Assembly: GCA_050230475.1 (NCBI GenBank)
Contig: JBFLGF010000159.1
Coordinates: forward strand, 1 to 64,000
Source: Ancylonema sp.
Lineage: Eukaryota
Length of the DNA: 64,000 nt
Direction: 5' to 3'
Shown one piece after another: positions 62,622 to 64,000 of this stretch (position 1 is the stretch's first letter; every line of letters starts with the position of its first letter). Below the pieces are notes generated by a model. It was not told where the DNA came from. It saw only the letters and a program-made list of their open reading frames with translations, and did no database searches. Made by a program: the position numbers and the translations under genes.

Positions 62622-64000
62622 TTAAGCTTTTGAGTGATTAGACGCGCCGGAATAATTAGGTGGGCGACAAAACGAACCGTACGCAAAAGGATCTCTATCA
62701 CTGATGATCAACGAGACAGGAGTAGCGTGTGTGGAACTAATTATTATTATGATTGCATCGGGGATGGTAATACCCGATGCGCTTTACAGATTGTTGTGTG
62801 CCGACGGTCGGCACAATTGACCGTCGGCCTATCATTGACTGACAGCTCTTCTACATGTCAACGGCACATGCCGGACATTTCTGACACGACTATACAAACC
62901 AATCGCGACGCTTCAAACAAATAACGTCTCTAAGCGTCGGAAACATGTCAGGTGCCCGGGCACAAACTTGCCCGGCCCCGCATACAGGCACATCTAGAAT
63001 ATTGCTCCCGGTTAGAGTAACCGGTTACAACTGGACTAGCACGCATAACATATGGCTATCCAAAATATTCTAACACACCCACTCGGATGCCATGCTAAAG
63101 TTGGCATAGATGCAGACATCAAAAGGAGTACCCAAGTCATTGCCAAATCTGGCAGAACCCATTGCATAACATATAAAGCAGTTTTGGCTTCCCTAGCATA
63201 CAAGCGTGCTAGGGGTTTCTATCAATAACTGCAGCCGTTCGGAAGACGATCGGAAGACGATCGGAAGCCGATCGAACTCCAGAAGACGATCGCTCCAGAT
63301 CCTTAGTCGTTTTTGGCCGACCCTGAACATACAAACAAATACCACAAGTTAGGCGAAATGAAAAATATTTTGGATAAAATATTTTTGATTTTTTAACTTT
63401 TTCAACTTCACGATTCTGAAACTTTACACTTTACAGTCAGAAAAATCTAAAAACAGCATAACTTCAAAATTACCAGTCCTATCATCACCCACTTTTGACA
63501 CAAGTTTTGCAACAATGATTAGAACATACATTCGAAAATTCAGAACAAACTGACAAGTTTAAAGTTGAGCAGATTCACACTTTCCTGAATTTTAAAGTGT
63601 CTTTTCAAGGTGTTAAGGTGAAAGTGTGACTTACTGGATGAGCTGAAGTTGGTGTACCCTCCCCATTACTTCTGCCTTAAAAGAAACATAACAACACACC
63701 CCTGCCAACATGCATGGCATTCGAAACCTTCGATCATAAAAATAAAAGAAACGACTGACACCCCCAGTTCAGTATCGACACCCCCAGTTCAGTATAACCG
63801 TCCAAAACCTACCAGTAAAACTTGGGGAAGAGCTTTAGTTAGCATATCTGCTGGGATTTGCGCCTGCAAGATACACATATTTTAGAGTCTCCCCCGTGCT
63901 GTGGCATTCCCGTACCCAGTGATATACCACATTAAAATGTTTTGCTTTCTGTCTTTGCACAGGGATTCTGGATCATGGAGAGAGAGCTGAGGTTGAGTCA
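62622..64000 (-). mobile_element. 3' end of another Copia family A element (RNase H end, 3' UTR, 3' LTR 63075-62622) nested in the Gypsy element; continues beyond the window
   Basis: The reverse complement is collinear with 45830-47243, including RQKAKHFNVVYHWVRECH, ADMLTKALP, the PPT and the LTR. Confidence 0.94.

Overview
Eukaryotic nuclear DNA from a streptophyte plant. The divergent SHI/STY protein, the intron-rich genes and the Osser/Bryco-type Copia and Tcn1-type Gypsy elements suggest a charophyte alga or a bryophyte; this is inference only. The first ~38 kb is gene-bearing. It holds the 3' part of an RLK/Pelle kinase, a SHI/STY transcription factor head-to-head with a telobox Myb telomere-repeat-binding protein, a 10-exon VPS26C/DSCR3, tRNA-Ile(AAU), cytochrome c (with one in-frame TAG) head-to-head with LPA2, and a 56-aa mitochondrial ATP synthase subunit e that the ORF track misses. 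Many hAT, Mutator and Harbinger-like MITEs lie between these genes. The last ~26 kb is a transposon nest: pogo/Tc2-like MITEs, two full-length but decayed Ty1/Copia elements, a solo LTR, a chromoviral Ty3/Gypsy, and a third Copia inserted into it. The most unusual signal is the Copia lineage. It has three Gag zinc knuckles, an HVDD RT motif, non-CA LTR ends, an apparently bipartite half-tRNAiMet primer site, and a ~650-bp 3' module with bracketing inverted repeats, duplicated PPTs and a conserved splice-acceptor-like block. All gene models were spliced by eye from GT-AG sites and protein-family recall; no database searches were run.
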